A stretch of DNA of 64,000 bases. It comes from Cyanophora paradoxa CCMP329. Lineage: Eukaryota; Plantae; Glaucophyta. Location of the stretch: the NCBI GenBank assembly GCA_004431415.1, contig QPMI01000469.1:1-64000 (forward strand), given 5' to 3'. The notes beneath the pieces are model-generated. The model worked only from the letters and a program-made list of their open reading frames with translations, ran no database searches and was not told the origin of the DNA. How positions within the stretch are numbered: the stretch's first letter is position 1; the number at the start of each line of letters is the position of its first letter. Both the position numbers and the translations under genes were made by a program. This document shows positions 38,586 to 52,247 of the stretch, in pieces.

Positions 38586-38908
38586 TTAGATGGCCTTCGC
38601 CAGCCCGTGCTTCACGCACAGGCGGTTGAGCGCGGCGTCCGACTCGCCCATGCTGCGAACGAAGCCGCACAGGGCGAACGTGGTGTAGTCACCAGTGTAC
38701 AGGCCAGAGTTCGGGTCAACGTGGCCGACGTTGATCTGGACGGCGGCGTGGTCCGTGGCCGAGATCAGCCGGTTGGTCGCGGAGCTACGGAGAAGATGAG
38801 TGCGCGAACGATACAGGGCACTCGCGGCCATCGCCGAGGTGTATGCGGCGACACGCACCACTTCCGCGGGATGTACAGGTCCACAATCTTGCCCTCGTCG
38901 TTCTGCAT
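38586..38908 (-). CDS. RPS21: 40S ribosomal protein S21 (eS21)
   Basis: [51 protein letters not shown]. Confidence 0.97.
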
Positions 38909-39329
38909 GTTGATGTTCTGGCTTGAAAACGTTAGCTCTACGCTTCGGCGTACCAGCTACCTCGCGGGCGGACGCGCGGCGGCGGCGCACCTGCCCCCTA
39001 AGTGATCGCCAGTGGCCTCGCGTACCCGGCTGAATTCCCCGCCCCCCCACGCCCAAACTCTTGCTCACATCATGTGCCGTAGCGAGTGAGCACAAGCGAA
39101 CTTAGCTGTGAGCGCGATGCAAGCTGGGCTAGGGCCATACGGCAGCTAGCGGTCTCCGGGCGTCGCGCGTACTATAGCTAACCCCTCACGCACCGGCGCG
39201 TAGCTTAGCGCAAAGCTTCTCCTTCTAGGGATTACAGGTAACCGCGCGACTTTGAAGGCAGCGCCGACCCCTCCCGCTTCATCTCGCGTTTCCGAGCCTC
39301 GCCGCAGACGATCGAGGGCGTCTTTATCG

Positions 39330-41566
39330 ATGCTACGCGATCAAGGACGTCTTTACCTCGGCCACAAGGGCTACACGGAGTGGCCGGCTGCTGCCATCGA
39401 TGCCGCGGGACCGGCAGACGTGCGGGTGCTGTGGTTGGCAGGGAACAAGATCACAGCAATCCCTGGAGCCCAGCTAGCGAAGCTGGTGAATCTAGAGAAG
39501 CTTGACGTCAGCTGCAACCTGCTGGAGACCCTGCCGATTGAGCTGGGGCGGCTGGAGCGCCTGCGGACGCTGATTTGCCACCGGAATCCTTTCGGGGCGC
39601 TGCCGGAGGCGGGGAGGCCGCGGGGCACGGAGGATAGCAACGACACGCTGCAATACATGCGCTCGCCGCAGGCCGCGCGTGCGTGGGAGCCCGCCTTGGG
39701 CCCGGGCGCCTTGGGGCCGACCCGTTTTGCAGAAGCACTCGCAGGCGCGGTCCCAGCTGCTGCGGCGCGGACGGTGCGCCGGCCTTATTTAGTTTTAACA
39801 CGCCTCGCGCTGACAATGTGTCTCAGGCGGATGTACCGGGGACGCCTCCAGCGTCGGAATCGAGCGGGGGTGCAGCCTCGTTGCCGGCAGCCACCGCGAG
39901 CGCGGCAGCGGCAGGTGCACCGCGGCTTGGAGTAATAAATGATCACAGCCCGGCGAGTGCCGCGTTCGATGAGGGACCCGTCCCGCCGAGAGCTGTGCGT
40001 GTCTTAGCGCCGCTGCTTTGGCCAACGGTTTGCGGGGCCTGACAGCGCTCCCCCGCACACAGATGCTCCGGGAAGGAGGGTCTTTGTACATGTCTCACCG
40101 AAATATGTCGGCGTGGCCTGCGACAGCAATCAACGCCATCGGCCCCGCAAACGTGCGGGTGCTGTGGTTGGCAGGGAACAAGATCACAGCAATCCCTGGA
40201 GCCCAGCTCGCGAAGCTAGTGAACCTAGAGAAGCTTGACGTCAGCTGCAACCTGCTGGAGACCCTGCCGATTGAGCTGGGCGGCTGGAGCGCCTGCGGAC
40301 GCTGATTTGCCACCGGAATCCTTTCGGGGCGCTGCCGGAGGCGGGGAGGCCGCGGGGCACGGAGGATAGCAACGACACGCTGCAATACATGCGCTCGCCG
40401 CAGGCCGCGCGTGCGTGGGAGCCCGCCTTGGGCCCGGGCGCCTTGGGGCCGACCCGTTTTGCAGAAGCACTCGCAGGCGCGGTCCCAGCTGCTGCGGCGC
40501 GGACGGTGCGCCGGCCTTATTTAGTTTTAACACGCCTCGCGCTGACAATGTGTCTCAGGCGGATGTACCGGGGACGCCTCCAGCGTCGGAATCGAGCGGG
40601 GGTGCAGCCTCGTTGCCGGCAGCCACCGCGAGCGCGGCAGCGGCAGGTGCACCGCGGCTTGGAGTAATAAATGATCACTGCCCGGCGAGTGCCGCGTTCG
40701 ATGAGGGACCCGTCCCGCCGAGAGCTGTGCGTGTCTTAGCGCCGCTGCTTTGGCCAACGGTTTGCGGGGCCTGACAGCGCTCCCCCGCACACAGATGCTC
40801 CGGGAAGGAGGGTCTTTGTACATGTCTCACCGAAATATGTCGGCGTGGCCTGCGACAGCAATCAACGCCATCGGCCCCGCAAACGTGCGGGTGCTGTGGT
40901 TGGCAGGGAACAAGATCACAGCAATCCCTGGAGCCCAGCTCGCGAAGCTAGTGAACCTAGAGAAGCTTGACGTCAGCTGCAACCTGCTGGAGACCCTGCC
41001 GATTGAGCTGGGGCGGCTGGAGCGCCTGCGGACGCTGATTTGCCACCGGAATCCTTTCGGGGCGCTGCCGGAGGCGGGGAGGCCGCGGGGCACGGAGGAT
41101 AGCAACGACACGCTGCAATACATGCGCTCGCCGCAGGCCGCGCGTGCGTGGGAGCCCGCCTTGGGCCCGGGCGCCTTGGGGCCGACCTGTTTTGCAGAAG
41201 CACTCGCAGGCGCGGCGCCAGCTGAGGTCAAGACAGCCCGACCACCCCGCTCCGCGCCCTCGGTGCGCAGTCCATCGAGTTCTTCTAGTTTCCGTGATGA
41301 GGACTGCAGGATCCGCCGACGATCTATGTGGAACAAGCCACGCCGAAGGGCCCTGCGCCCGTCCGCACGATTCCCGAGGCGCCCAACAAGCTGGTGCGTG
41401 TAATCTCCAAGCGTCAGCCGTGACACGCATCGAGCGAGGGTCAAAGCAGGTCAACGGGAAACTGCAGAGCGTCTCCTGGGACGCGACTGAGGAGATGCAG
41501 CTCTCATCAGAGGCATTGGAGAAGGATGAGGCCCCAGCAGTCATGCCCTGCGAAGTCGTCAGGTAA
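39330..41566 (+). CDS. Leucine-rich-repeat protein built from three tandem 732-733-bp modules; 1-nt frameshift in module 2
   Basis: VRVLWLAGNKITAIP..LEKLDVSCNLLETLPIELGRLERLRTLICHRNPF starts at 39420, 40153 and 40885. Confidence 0.8.
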
Positions 41567-42358
41567 CGGAACCTGCCCGTAGGCACTCGAATGAGGAGGA
41601 GGAGTACTAAGCCGCCCGTAGGACCCCTCGGAAGCGGCTGGACCGAAGCAGCACAGGCGTTATTGACGGGCGGGTCGTTGCGGACCGGCCTGTCGAGCAT
41701 GCGGGAGTACACGCGCACTGGCGTGGCAGGGGGAAGGGCCGCAGCGCCCTGCAGAAGCTCAAAGCAGCGCTCTCGTGCCGGAAGGGCCCGAAGAAACAAG
41801 GTCGTTATGAGATCGTCTTGCTTTCGAGCTAAAAAACTCTTTCTTTCAAGTAGTTTTATAGCTGGTAGGTCTCTCTGCATTTCAAAGTGTTGTCCTACGC
41901 CAACCCCTTTTCAAACAAAAATCCGACCCCCCGTCCAACCACAAATCGATATCAAACTTGACACTTGCCTCAAGGCAGGCAGGGATCCCGAGAGGTGCAC
42001 GTGCAGGGTGGTTCGAGCTCTAAATCTGGTGTACCCCTCAATCATCTAGCACCCGGCCCTGCAAAACATCGGAACTTTTTGGATCAGGGCCTCGGCCTTG
42101 ACGTCGACGCACGTGCAAAGCAGCTGCAGCGCTCTAAGTGCGTAAGGCAATCAAGATTTGCTATCTTATTCAGTCAATATATATTCAAGATGATTCTTGC
42201 CAATTGCAAGTTGCATACGATGACAATTCTTTGTGAACATCTGACGCCCGGCCAGCCTGGCAGTGCTGTGGCACGCCGGATGCAGTGCAGCCGATTCCGT
42301 TGGAGAGCTCGAGTACCCCCCGCACACGCCTGCTGGGGGCCAAGCAAACAGGCTGCGC

Positions 42359-45025
42359 CTACTTGAGGGTGTCCACGGCGCTCGGGTCGAAGTCCTCCTC
42401 CCAGTCGTAGTCCATACCGGCGATGGTGACCGTGTCCCCGTTCTGAGGCACTGGGTCGGAAAGGGACCGGTTCGTGGCGCGAAGAGAAGGACGGCACCTG
42501 GACGCCGAGCTTGCGAAGCTGGGCGGAGATGCCGGTGGCCTCCAGAATGCGCTGGAAGCGGATAATCGCCTGCCGAAGGGAAGTCAGTCAATCAGCTGGC
42601 GCGCGCGGTGCGATTGCGGCGAGCAGCGCGGGCGCCTGGTAGTAGTCCCAGTTGGTCATCTTGACGACGCGCTCAATGTGCGTGCCCTCCACGACGAACT
42701 CGCCCTCGGCCACCCTGGAGCAGGCGTCAGGGGTCGCGTGGGGGAGCGAGGAGGAGGGACAGGGCGGGCTTTGTAACAGTGAAGCGGCGCTCGCTGGGCG
42801 CCATCGCCTCCTCGAGCTCGAGCTGCGGCGGACGGATTCACGGGGGGGCGGCGGCGCTCGAGCGGCCCCGCGCACCTCGCTGGCCTCGTCCGCCAATATG
42901 TCTTCCCGCGGCACGTTCTTCAGCACGCGGCTCACCCGCTGCGCAGCGTCGGTGCCGGCCGATCGCCGCCACGGCGCCCGCGGCGGCGGGCGGGGCCGGC
43001 ACCTGCAGGAGCTTGTCGAGCCCGTCGCCCGTGGCGGAGCTGACAGCCATGCATGGTATACGCTGATAGTTCAGCGCGGCCTCCACCTGCGGCGGGCGGC
43101 GGCGCGCAGTGAGGCGGAGCGGCCGGGGCGGGGGCGCGGTGTGTGCGGGCCTCGGGCCACCGGGCCTGCGCCTCGGGGAGGTCCATCTTCGTAAAAATCG
43201 CCGCTGCCGGCTGCCGGCACGTGAGCGGCGCGCTCTCGCAGGCCGGCCCTCCCCCAGGCCGGGGGCGGCGGCCTTGCCTTGTCCGCGATGCGGGGATTGA
43301 AGAGCGCCAGCTCCGTGCGGATCGCGTCAAAGTCACCCAGCGGGTCCTCCGACTGCGCTCGCGGCGCTCGGGAGGGGGCCGGCGTGGCATAGACAAGGGG
43401 GCGCGTCGGCGGGCACCTCGCCGTTGATGAGGTGGAGGATGAGGCGGCAGCGCTCCACGTGCCTGCGGGCCCGCGTCAGCTTCACGCACCCCGGCCGGCG
43501 TGAGGGCGGGGCGTACCTAAGAAACTGGACGCCCATGCCGACGCCGTCGTGGGCGCCCTCGAGGAGCCCCGGGACGTCCACCAGCACCGCCGTCTCTGCA
43601 AGCGGCGGCACGTGAGGCGCGGGCCGGCGGCGGGGCGCGCGGGGCCCGCTTCTGACCGTCCCCGTCGTTCAGGCGGGCCACGCCCAGATTCGGCGTGATG
43701 GTCGTGAAGGGGTAGTCCGCGATCTGGCGGCCCGCCCCGTCGAACGGGTTAGACGGACCGTGCGACGCGCAGGCGGGGCGGCGTGGCGCGCCTTTGGCTT
43801 GGCCGCCGTGAGAGCCGCCAGGAGCGTCGACTTGCCCGCGTTCGGGACCCCCACGAGGCCCACGTCCGCCTGCGCGGCGCTCCGTCGGCGGCGCAGGGTA
43901 GCGGGGGAGGACCCGGCGGAGGCCCGGCGCACGATCAGCTTCAGCTCGAGGTTGAGCCAGCGCTCCTCTCCGGGCTCGCCCTTCTCCGCAAGCCGCGGCG
44001 CGACGTTACGAGTGCTCTGCGGGGCCGCTTCAGCGCGCGACAGGGCGGGCGGGCGCCCCTCGCGGACCTTGAAAGCTGCATTGCCGCGGCCGCCGCGGCC
44101 TCCGCGTGCCACGACGGCCCGCGTCCGGTCCCCGGAAAGATCAACGACCAGCTTCCCTTCGGACGTCCGAACGACGGTCCCGGGAGGAACCCTCACAATC
44201 CGGTCGATGCCATAACTGCCCGCCTTGTGCTTCCCCTGCCCGTTCTTGCCACTGGTCGCGCGGAAATGCACCTGCAGCACCGTCTTTTATGGTAGCTAAG
44301 AGGCGCGCACGCGCCCCTCACGCACCTGGCCGCGGAACTTCAGCAGCGTGTTGAGCCCCGGGTCGACCTCGAAGATCACATCCCCTCCCTTCCCACCGGT
44401 GCCGCCTGTATCACATATTAGAAGCTCCAAGCGTGTACATCTTCAAGAACGAGGTGCCCGCCTGAAGGACCGCCGCGGGCCGTCTCTCGCAGGCGCAGGA
44501 AGGCAACGCAGCCGTTGCCGCCGTCCCCGCCCTTTACATTGATGTACGACCGATCGAAGAACATGTGGTCTTGATCGCCCCGCTTGCGCGGCGTGTCCTC
44601 ATCTTCGTCAAAGTCCTCGTCGGCCCACTGGGCGATTCACCAGTCAGATCGGCGCACGCTAGCTCAAGCTTGCGGGTGCGCACGTATTCGTCTTCTTCTG
44701 GCTCATCTTCAGCTACGTATTCGATCAACTCTTCGTAGACCTCCTCCTCCTCCTCCTCCTCGTCATGCTCCAGGCGCTTCTCGGGCGGGGACGTGATCGC
44801 CGCCGCCGCCTGCTGAAACGGAAGAACGGGCCTCAGCCGAAACCGCTGATCTATCCTACCAAAGAAAGATCTGTTTCGCAGCGCTGCACTGGCGGCCGGT
44901 GCGCGAAGTTGCACCGCACTCGATGGCCGTGGTCTGTGCCAGGCTAGATCGACGCCCTCTGTTTGCACACATCGTGTCTGCGAGTGCGCCGCGCTAGCGT
45001 ACACCGCGGGGATGAAGCCGTACAT
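42359..45025 (-). CDS. OBGC: Obg/CgtA GTPase, plastid-targeted
   Basis: [53 protein letters not shown], and a C-terminal [20 protein letters not shown] domain. Confidence 0.92.
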
Positions 45026-45344
45026 CTCAAGCGGAATCGGAAATCCTGCAGCACGGGTACACGTGCATTGTATTGCCAAGTTGCGCTACGCGTACGAGCG
45101 CTACTAGCTAGCTACGCATACGGCTATATTACATTGCAAGTACCGTCGGCACAAGCGCTAGTTATTACGCATACGGCTATATTACATTGCAAGTACCGTC
45201 GACACAAGCGCTAGTTATACTATGATAGCGCTATACACGTAGATCATCGGATGCATTTCTTTAGCTACTTCGCAGCAAGTCCGACGGTCAGTTTTCAATT
45301 TTTTGCAAGTTTGCAACTTGCGGCAATTGAAATTTGATTCGAAT

Positions 45345-46507
45345 TCAGAATTCTGAATTGAAAGACCCTTGCATATGACCACTTCCACCGATACCCACTG
45401 CCCTGCGAAAATCAGAGACGATGGCGCACATGCTGCACTTCTGCTGATCCCTTCGGCTTCTGCACAAGGCCTCAAGGGCACTCTGATCTGCTTGCGCCAG
45501 CGATCTTAACTGCTTCTTGTCGGCAGTGGCCCTCCAGATGGCCTCTGATACGCATGAATGGTCTGGTGGGAATGCATCGAGGTCGATGCTGCCCTGCACG
45601 GCCAGCACAGCCTCCAGTAGCCTGAGGGTCTGATGGGACATCCCTCTCCTCGACAGGCCCACAATGTTTAGTCCCTGCAGGGGAGCCTCATGCATGCTCA
45701 ATCAATGACTAATATCAGCTATCCTAACCTTCGGCTTGCTTGCCATGGAGAGGCTGTGGGGTAGCACGTCAGCCTCCTCCCTGCTGTGCCCACCGACGAA
45801 GGAGCCCTTGCCGACACAGACTCCGTCCCCTATGACGCCGGCGCCCCCGATACCGACAAAATCCTCCACATTCGCGCTTTCCCCTATGACTGTCTTGTTA
45901 GAGAGCACAACCTGCGTACTTGGTGACGAGATACAGGTAGAATTCAGAAGCCTGCAAGCGTACGTGCTTGCCAACGCTGGCACGGGGCCGCAGCTCACAG
46001 TCGGCGAGGAGAAGCGATCCAGGGCCAACATGTACATCCTGCCGGGCCTTTGGAATGCGCCACATGGATCGCAGCGTAGTGAGCACCTCGAGAATGCGAG
46101 CGTGCTCGCGGACGAGCGTGCGCTCTCCAATGCGCAGAGGATCCCCGCCCTGCTCGCAATCCACTGGTGAGACTCGCAGCTTGCGATGGGCGGCTGCAGG
46201 GGCGCGCACCCCCCGCGCCTCGATGCGAACGTGCGGGAACAGAACCGCGTCCCGGCCAACCCAGACGGGCCCGCGGATTGAAACGTGCGATTTCAGTTTC
46301 ACACCTTCCTCCAGCACCGCGCCTGCGCACGGAGTATTGAGCGCGGATCGCCAGCGCCGCTTCCGTGCGGCGGACGTGCGCACCAGGGCCGACATTGCAC
46401 CACGGCCCGACATGCACGCCGGACTTGAGCAATGCAGCGCGGCTGACGCTTGCCGTCGCATGTATGCGCGCCGGCGCAGCGACCGCGAGCGATGTCGCCC
46501 GCCGCAT
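45345..46507 (-). CDS. LpxA-like hexapeptide-repeat protein lacking the catalytic residues; start uncertain
   Basis: IHATASV..VHVGPWCNVGP, left-handed beta-helix hexapeptides, and DVLPH..GLNIVGLSRRG as in the LpxA C-terminal domain. Confidence 0.75.
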
Positions 46508-47424
46508 CGCCCGTGCGCGCCCGGCGAGTCAGCACCAACGCGCTTTAGATCCGGAAACGGCTTGCTACAGCTAGCTTGGCAATCTGAGAAGGGCCCGGAG
46601 GCCAGTGGAGACGGAGACAAAGGCAGCGGTGCGCGTGCCACTGCAGCTGGGCGCCAGTGGTTGGCCGTGGTGGTGTAGACAGAAGCCGAAAGTTGCAGCT
46701 GGCCGCCAGCGACGATGTCCTGCTACTGTATACGTACCCCCGCCTGACGTATATATATACGTACCCCGCCAGGCCGGCCTGTACGTATATATATACACAT
46801 ATATATACGTATACGAACGGTAAACCGTACCGTAGCTATAGTATACGCGTATACGTATATACGTACTACGGTATACGTAGCTATAGTATACGTACTAGCT
46901 ATATATAGTACTACGGTAGTACGTATACGTACATACGTATATATATACTATATATGATACTATGATATATATATATAGGGCGCGCCGGCACTAGTGCACG
47001 TGCTAGCGCTTGCGCATGCTCTACTAGGCTAGCTATAGCTATATACAGATCTCTCCGTATACGTAGCTTTTCGAATTCAAAGTTTTATATTACGTACCTG
47101 ATCCGATGCCATGATGATCTAGAATATTAAATACGGTACAAAATTTGGTCCGTACAATATCCAGGTTCTCAAAGTCCCTACGCCCTGTCATAGCATGTGG
47201 GGCCTTCGACACAGATTTTCCCGAGGCGTAGGGGGTGGGGCTCGTGAGGGGTGGGTGTGGACCCGGGGGGATGTGGCATCAGGAACAAGTTGATGGAAAA
47301 AAAACATGAGTATCATTTCGAATCGATGAGCAAGAAATTACGAAGGGGAAGAAATCCAAATTCACGATGTCGATGGGAATGGGATCAGATCCTGCACTAA
47401 GTCCCTGAGTCCTGGAGAGCACAA

Positions 47425-48148
47425 GCCCCGAGCTCTCGCGGACTGCGCCCCGCGGACATCTGCGGGCGGACATCTCAGAGATAGTTGCGAGAGCCGTCCG
47501 GCCGCGCCGCCGGCTCACCTGGCCCAAAGAGCGAGGCCCGCCGGACGAGCCCCGAGCTCTCGATCCGCTTCGGCGCCCTGCGGGCTGCGGGCGCGCGCCG
47601 CGGAGGGCATCTGCGAGCGGATATCTCAGAGATAGTTGCGAGAGCCGTCCGGCCGCGCCGCCGGCTCAACCGGCCCAAAGAGCGAGGCCCGCCGGACAAG
47701 CCCCGAGCTCTCGATGCGCTTGGGCGCCCCGCGGGCTGCGGGCGCGCGCTACGAAGGGCATCTGCGAGCGGATATCTCAGAGACCGTTGCGAGAGTTCGC
47801 CCGGCCGCGCCGCCGGCTCACCTGGCCCAAAGAGCGAGGCCCGCCGGACGAGCCCCGAGCTCTCGATGCGCTTGGGCGCCCCGCGGGCAGCGGGCGCGCG
47901 CTACGGAGGGCATCTGCGTGCGGATATCTCAGAGATCGTTGCGAGAGCCGTCCGGCCGCGCCGCCGGCTCACCTGGCCCAAAGAGCGAGGCCCGCCGGAC
48001 GAGCCCCGAGCTCTCGATGCGCTTGGGCGCCCCGCGGGCTGCGAGCGCGCGCTACGGAGGGCATCTGCGGGTGAATATCTCAGAGATCGACGCGAGAGCC
48101 ATTCGGCCGCGCCGCCGGCTCACCTGGCCCAAAGAGCGAGGTCCGCCG
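47425..48148. repeat. Tandem repeat, about 151-bp unit, about 4.7 copies
   Basis: CCGGCCGCGCCGCCGGCTCACCTGGCCCAAAGAGCGAGG recurs about every 151 nt; ORF starts at 47485, 47636 and 47787. Confidence 0.95.
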
Positions 48149-49277
48149 TCTGTGAAGGAACCCGTGAGACTTCAAGTGAACCTGCCGGGCGGGGCGAGCG
48201 CACCATGCACGATGTGAAGAAGACAGTCTTCAAGTGAGCACTTGCCGTCCGGGGGGCATTGATAGCCCCAGGCAGGGCGAGCTTTTTCAGTTCGCCTGAA
48301 TCGGACGTCCCACTGTGGCCAGCGCGGTCAGGGCGGCCAGCGCAGAGCCATCCACGCAATAGCGTACATCCTCTGATGCTTCAAGGAGACGATCGTCTAT
48401 CCAGGCCGGCCAGCGAGCCAGAGGCGCGCGATGGGAGTGTTCAAGCTCTGCGCGGTCCGTGAACGCGGCGCAAGACCGCGGCGCGTGAATAAGCGGATCG
48501 GGAGGGATGAACGATGTTGCGAGCCGCGGTGCGGGCGCGATGTCAGCCGCGGGCGCAGAGCTCGAGGAATTCACCTGAAGGCGCTCTCTCCCGACCGGCG
48601 CCCGGTCCCGAAAGGCAACCGAACTGTGCTGCTGCCTCGCGACTGCGTCTGATGTGCGCTGCACCTGCAGACTGCGCTTTACGAGCAGCTGTGGGCCCCC
48701 GTTGCGTATACCCCCCGCGGGTTGTTTTAGATCCGCGCTTCGAACGCGGCCCGAATTCGAATGCCAGCGCGAGTTAAGGCCTCGCGCGCGGTCGGGAGTT
48801 GAAAAACGCATGCGCGAGCATTTTCGGGTGCCCGGCGGCGCGCTCCGGCGACATGCATGGACTTGCATATGCACGATGTATGTCCCCGTTCTCGGCAACC
48901 GGGCGAGCTACGGGCTCGCCGCTAGCTCGAGCGCGTAGAGGAGGCCGTTCTTGGTTGTCTCCAACTCGTTCCGGCGGGCAATCCCGGTCGTGGCCGCAGG
49001 GAAACGGATTTGACGAGGCGGCATATGAAGGGGTATATACAAATTGAGCCGTTGGCGAATATTTCAGGACTAGGGAGGTAATTCATTTAGAGAGACTACA
49101 TATATGGCGCCGGCGGGCGGCCGCGCGGGTCCCGGGATTTGAATGCGCACTGCAGTTGACTAGTACTCGTCCGGTAAGCTTCACACCAAATCAAAAGGCT
49201 GAAGCACAGCAAGCGAATGGATATCGATAGTGGATATAGAATAAGCATTGGGGCGAACTGCACAAATTGCACATATC

Positions 49278-52201
49278 TCATGCGAAGGGCTCCTGCGGTG
49301 CATCACAGCCTGCTACAGCCAGGCTCTCATTCCAGTCGATCATAGTGCAGAACCTGCAGCCCATGAGGTCAGGGAAGTGGTGCGGCAGCGCACGGGAAGG
49401 CGGGGCGCACCAACGCTCTGGGAGGCTGTTAGGATTCTTCCAGTCCGGAAGGCGTCGCCACTTTCTGCACTGCCGGTTGTCGCACTGGACCCAGCCGCCG
49501 CCCTGCTCTGGCTCCGGGGTGGCCGCTTGCAGGGGCAGCTCTGCCACAGCGGCCGCCGCTCTGCGATCGACCCCTCAGCAACGCCCGAAGAAATTCGAAG
49601 CGGCCCCGCCCGACAAGCTCACCCATCGACCTTCTTTTTCTTGGCCTTGGTAGGCTTGCCCGCCGACCCGCCCTTGGCAGCGCCCTTGGAAGCCCCTTTC
49701 GGAGGCCCCAGGGGGGGCGCCGGAGCGACCCCAAAGGAGGTCGCAGGAGGGGCCGACACGAGGCACGCCTGCCTCGGCTGCCCCTTCTTCACCTGCGCGC
49801 CGCATCGCAACGCGATCGGCCCTTTGAAGTGCGCGCGCTGGCGCACCCCGTGCGCGAGGGGCGCGTCGTCGTCGCTTCCGCTGAAGTCGACGTCTGAGTC
49901 CTTCCCCCGCCTGGTGGGGGGGAAAGGGCGTCAGCCCCTCTACAAGCGGGGGCATCTCAGTCTCAGGGAGCAAGCGAACCCGTCTGAGTCAGAGTCAAGG
50001 AAGGAGAGGTCCGAGTCGTCGTCCTCCTGCGAGACCTGCTGCCGTGCCTTGGCCGACGCTGCCGCCGCAGCCGCCCGGCCCTGAGTCTTCTTTGACAAGG
50101 TGCCCCCCTTGGGAGGCGCGGGGGCCGGGGCAAGGGCGCCCGGCCAGCCGGAGGCCTGCGCGGGCGGCGTCAGGTCGCTGGGGCGGAGTGGAGGCGGGCT
50201 ATTGCACCTGGGACTGGGGAGCGATGGACCCCTTGTGGGGAGCCTGGGTGGGTCCCGCGGGGGCGGGGACTTGGGCCAAGGAGGGCGCAGGGCGAGGGTG
50301 CTTGGGCGGGCGCCCCCGGCCCCTCTTGGCGGGCGGAGCAGCGGCGGCGGCGGCAGCGAGGGTGGCAGGGTCGGCGGCGGGGGCGGCGGCCGAGTAGGTG
50401 TGAGGAATGGTGGCGGGGGAGGAGACGGTAACGTTGACGGTCGTCTTCTTCTTGATCTTCACGTTGCCCTGTGGGGCGGGGAGGAGGCGCTCGGTCAGGC
50501 GCGCCGCCGAACGCCCGGAAAGGAAGCGGGGGAGGGCGGCACCGTCTGCGTGGTGCGGACGGTGGTGCTGGTGACGGTCTTCTCCACGACGGTGCCCTCC
50601 GGCGCCGGCGACTGGAGAACGCTCAGCGAGGCCGGCGATAGCTTCACGTTCGGCATGCTGCGCGCCTGCCCTCAGCGGGGATCACGGAGGGGGCCGGGTT
50701 GGATGGCGCGAGGGGCGGACCTGTAGGGCATGGGCTGCTCGGGAGCGAGCACCGCCTGCTTGCCCTTCTCCTGCCGGATCTTCTCCGGCACCGGCGCGGG
50801 AACAGCGGCCGCCGGTGCCGCCTGTGCAGCCTTGCTCTTCGCCGCTCGGATCTGCAGCGGCGGGTGAGCGCATTGTGATACGCGGGGCACATCATGGACG
50901 GACGAGCTCCCAGGGGATGGCCCGGCAGCAGCCGTGCGGCGATTCGGGCTCAGCGTCCGGGCCTGCGGCGGCAACCGGCGCCGGCGGCGCCGCGGCCGGC
51001 GGCGGCGGCGACGCGGAGGGCTGTGCGCCGAGCGGCGGCGCTCCTGCTGCGGGCCCCCCCCGCTTCTTCCCTTTCTTCGCCGCAGGCTCCTCCGGAGCGA
51101 CCGGGACAGCCGGAGGGGGCCCCGACTCCTCCAGCAGCGACGCGACCGCGGCGATGGCCGCCTCGTCTGTCTCCTCCTGTGCCCGCCGCCAACATCAGAA
51201 TAGCACGTGGAGGGAAGAGGCGGGGCAATCACGGACCTCATCCACGGCGCGAGGCTGCGGGGGCTGGGTGGGCGCTGCGCGGACGGGGCGAGGGCTCAGT
51301 TCGAGAGAGGCCCCAAGGAGCGGGTGTCAAGCAGGAGGAGGCGCACGTGGGGCGGCAAGCGACTGCTTCCGTTTTAGCTTCCCACGCCGTGCCGCGTCCT
51401 CCTCGTCCGCACTAAGAAGCGCGCGCGTGAGCGTGAGGCGACCAGCGTGGGCCGCGGGGGCGCACCGCTGCGCCTCGGGGTCCGCTCCCCGCGGCGCGGC
51501 GGGCGGCGAGGACGTTGCGTGCCGGTCGGGGCTCCGGCTGGGGCTTCGGCTGTGTCCCGCGCTCCCGCTGGTGGTGCCCTCGCCCTGCTGGGCCCTGCGC
51601 GGAAGGCCGCGGGTGCGGGCCGAGGACGGAGAGGGGCTTCTCGAGCGCTCAGCCTGAGCCCGCTGTGGGCTCTTCTCCGGGCCGGTCCCGGAGCGACCCC
51701 GCCGCGACGATGCGTGCGCCTCTCCGGTCGGGACCGACCCGCGCCGCTCGGCCTCGGAGGCGGAGCCGTGGCTGTGCGGGGCGGAGGAGGCGGCGGCGAC
51801 GGCGGCGGCGGCGCCATCGCCCTGGGCGTGCTTGGCGAGGGCGGCCTGCAGACGCGCGAACTTGGCCTCCATTGCCTCGAGCTGCGGCACGGCGCTCTCG
51901 CTCTTCTCCAGGTTGTCGATCCAGCGCTCCAGCTCGTGTTGCGTGAAGTTCTGGTTCGACACGTACGCCATCTGGAAGTTCCGCTCGTGCTTTCCTGCGC
52001 CCCGAAGCTCAGGGGAGGGCGTGGGGAAAGCGGCGGGGCGGCGCCGCGCCGGCCGAACCAATGCGCAGGACGAGCTCCTTGGTGGTGGTCTGCGAGCCCA
52101 GGCGGTACGGCTTCGCTGCGTGCGCGACCCCCGCAATGTACGCAATGCGGTACACCGGCTGAGAGCCCGTGGCTCAGGGCGGCCGCGATGCGTTCGGAAG
52201 G

Positions 52202-52247
<46 letters not shown>

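Noticed and set aside
38176-38589. ORFs between ARMH2-like and RPS21
   Set aside because: No homology or clear splice pattern; probably convergent 3-prime UTRs.
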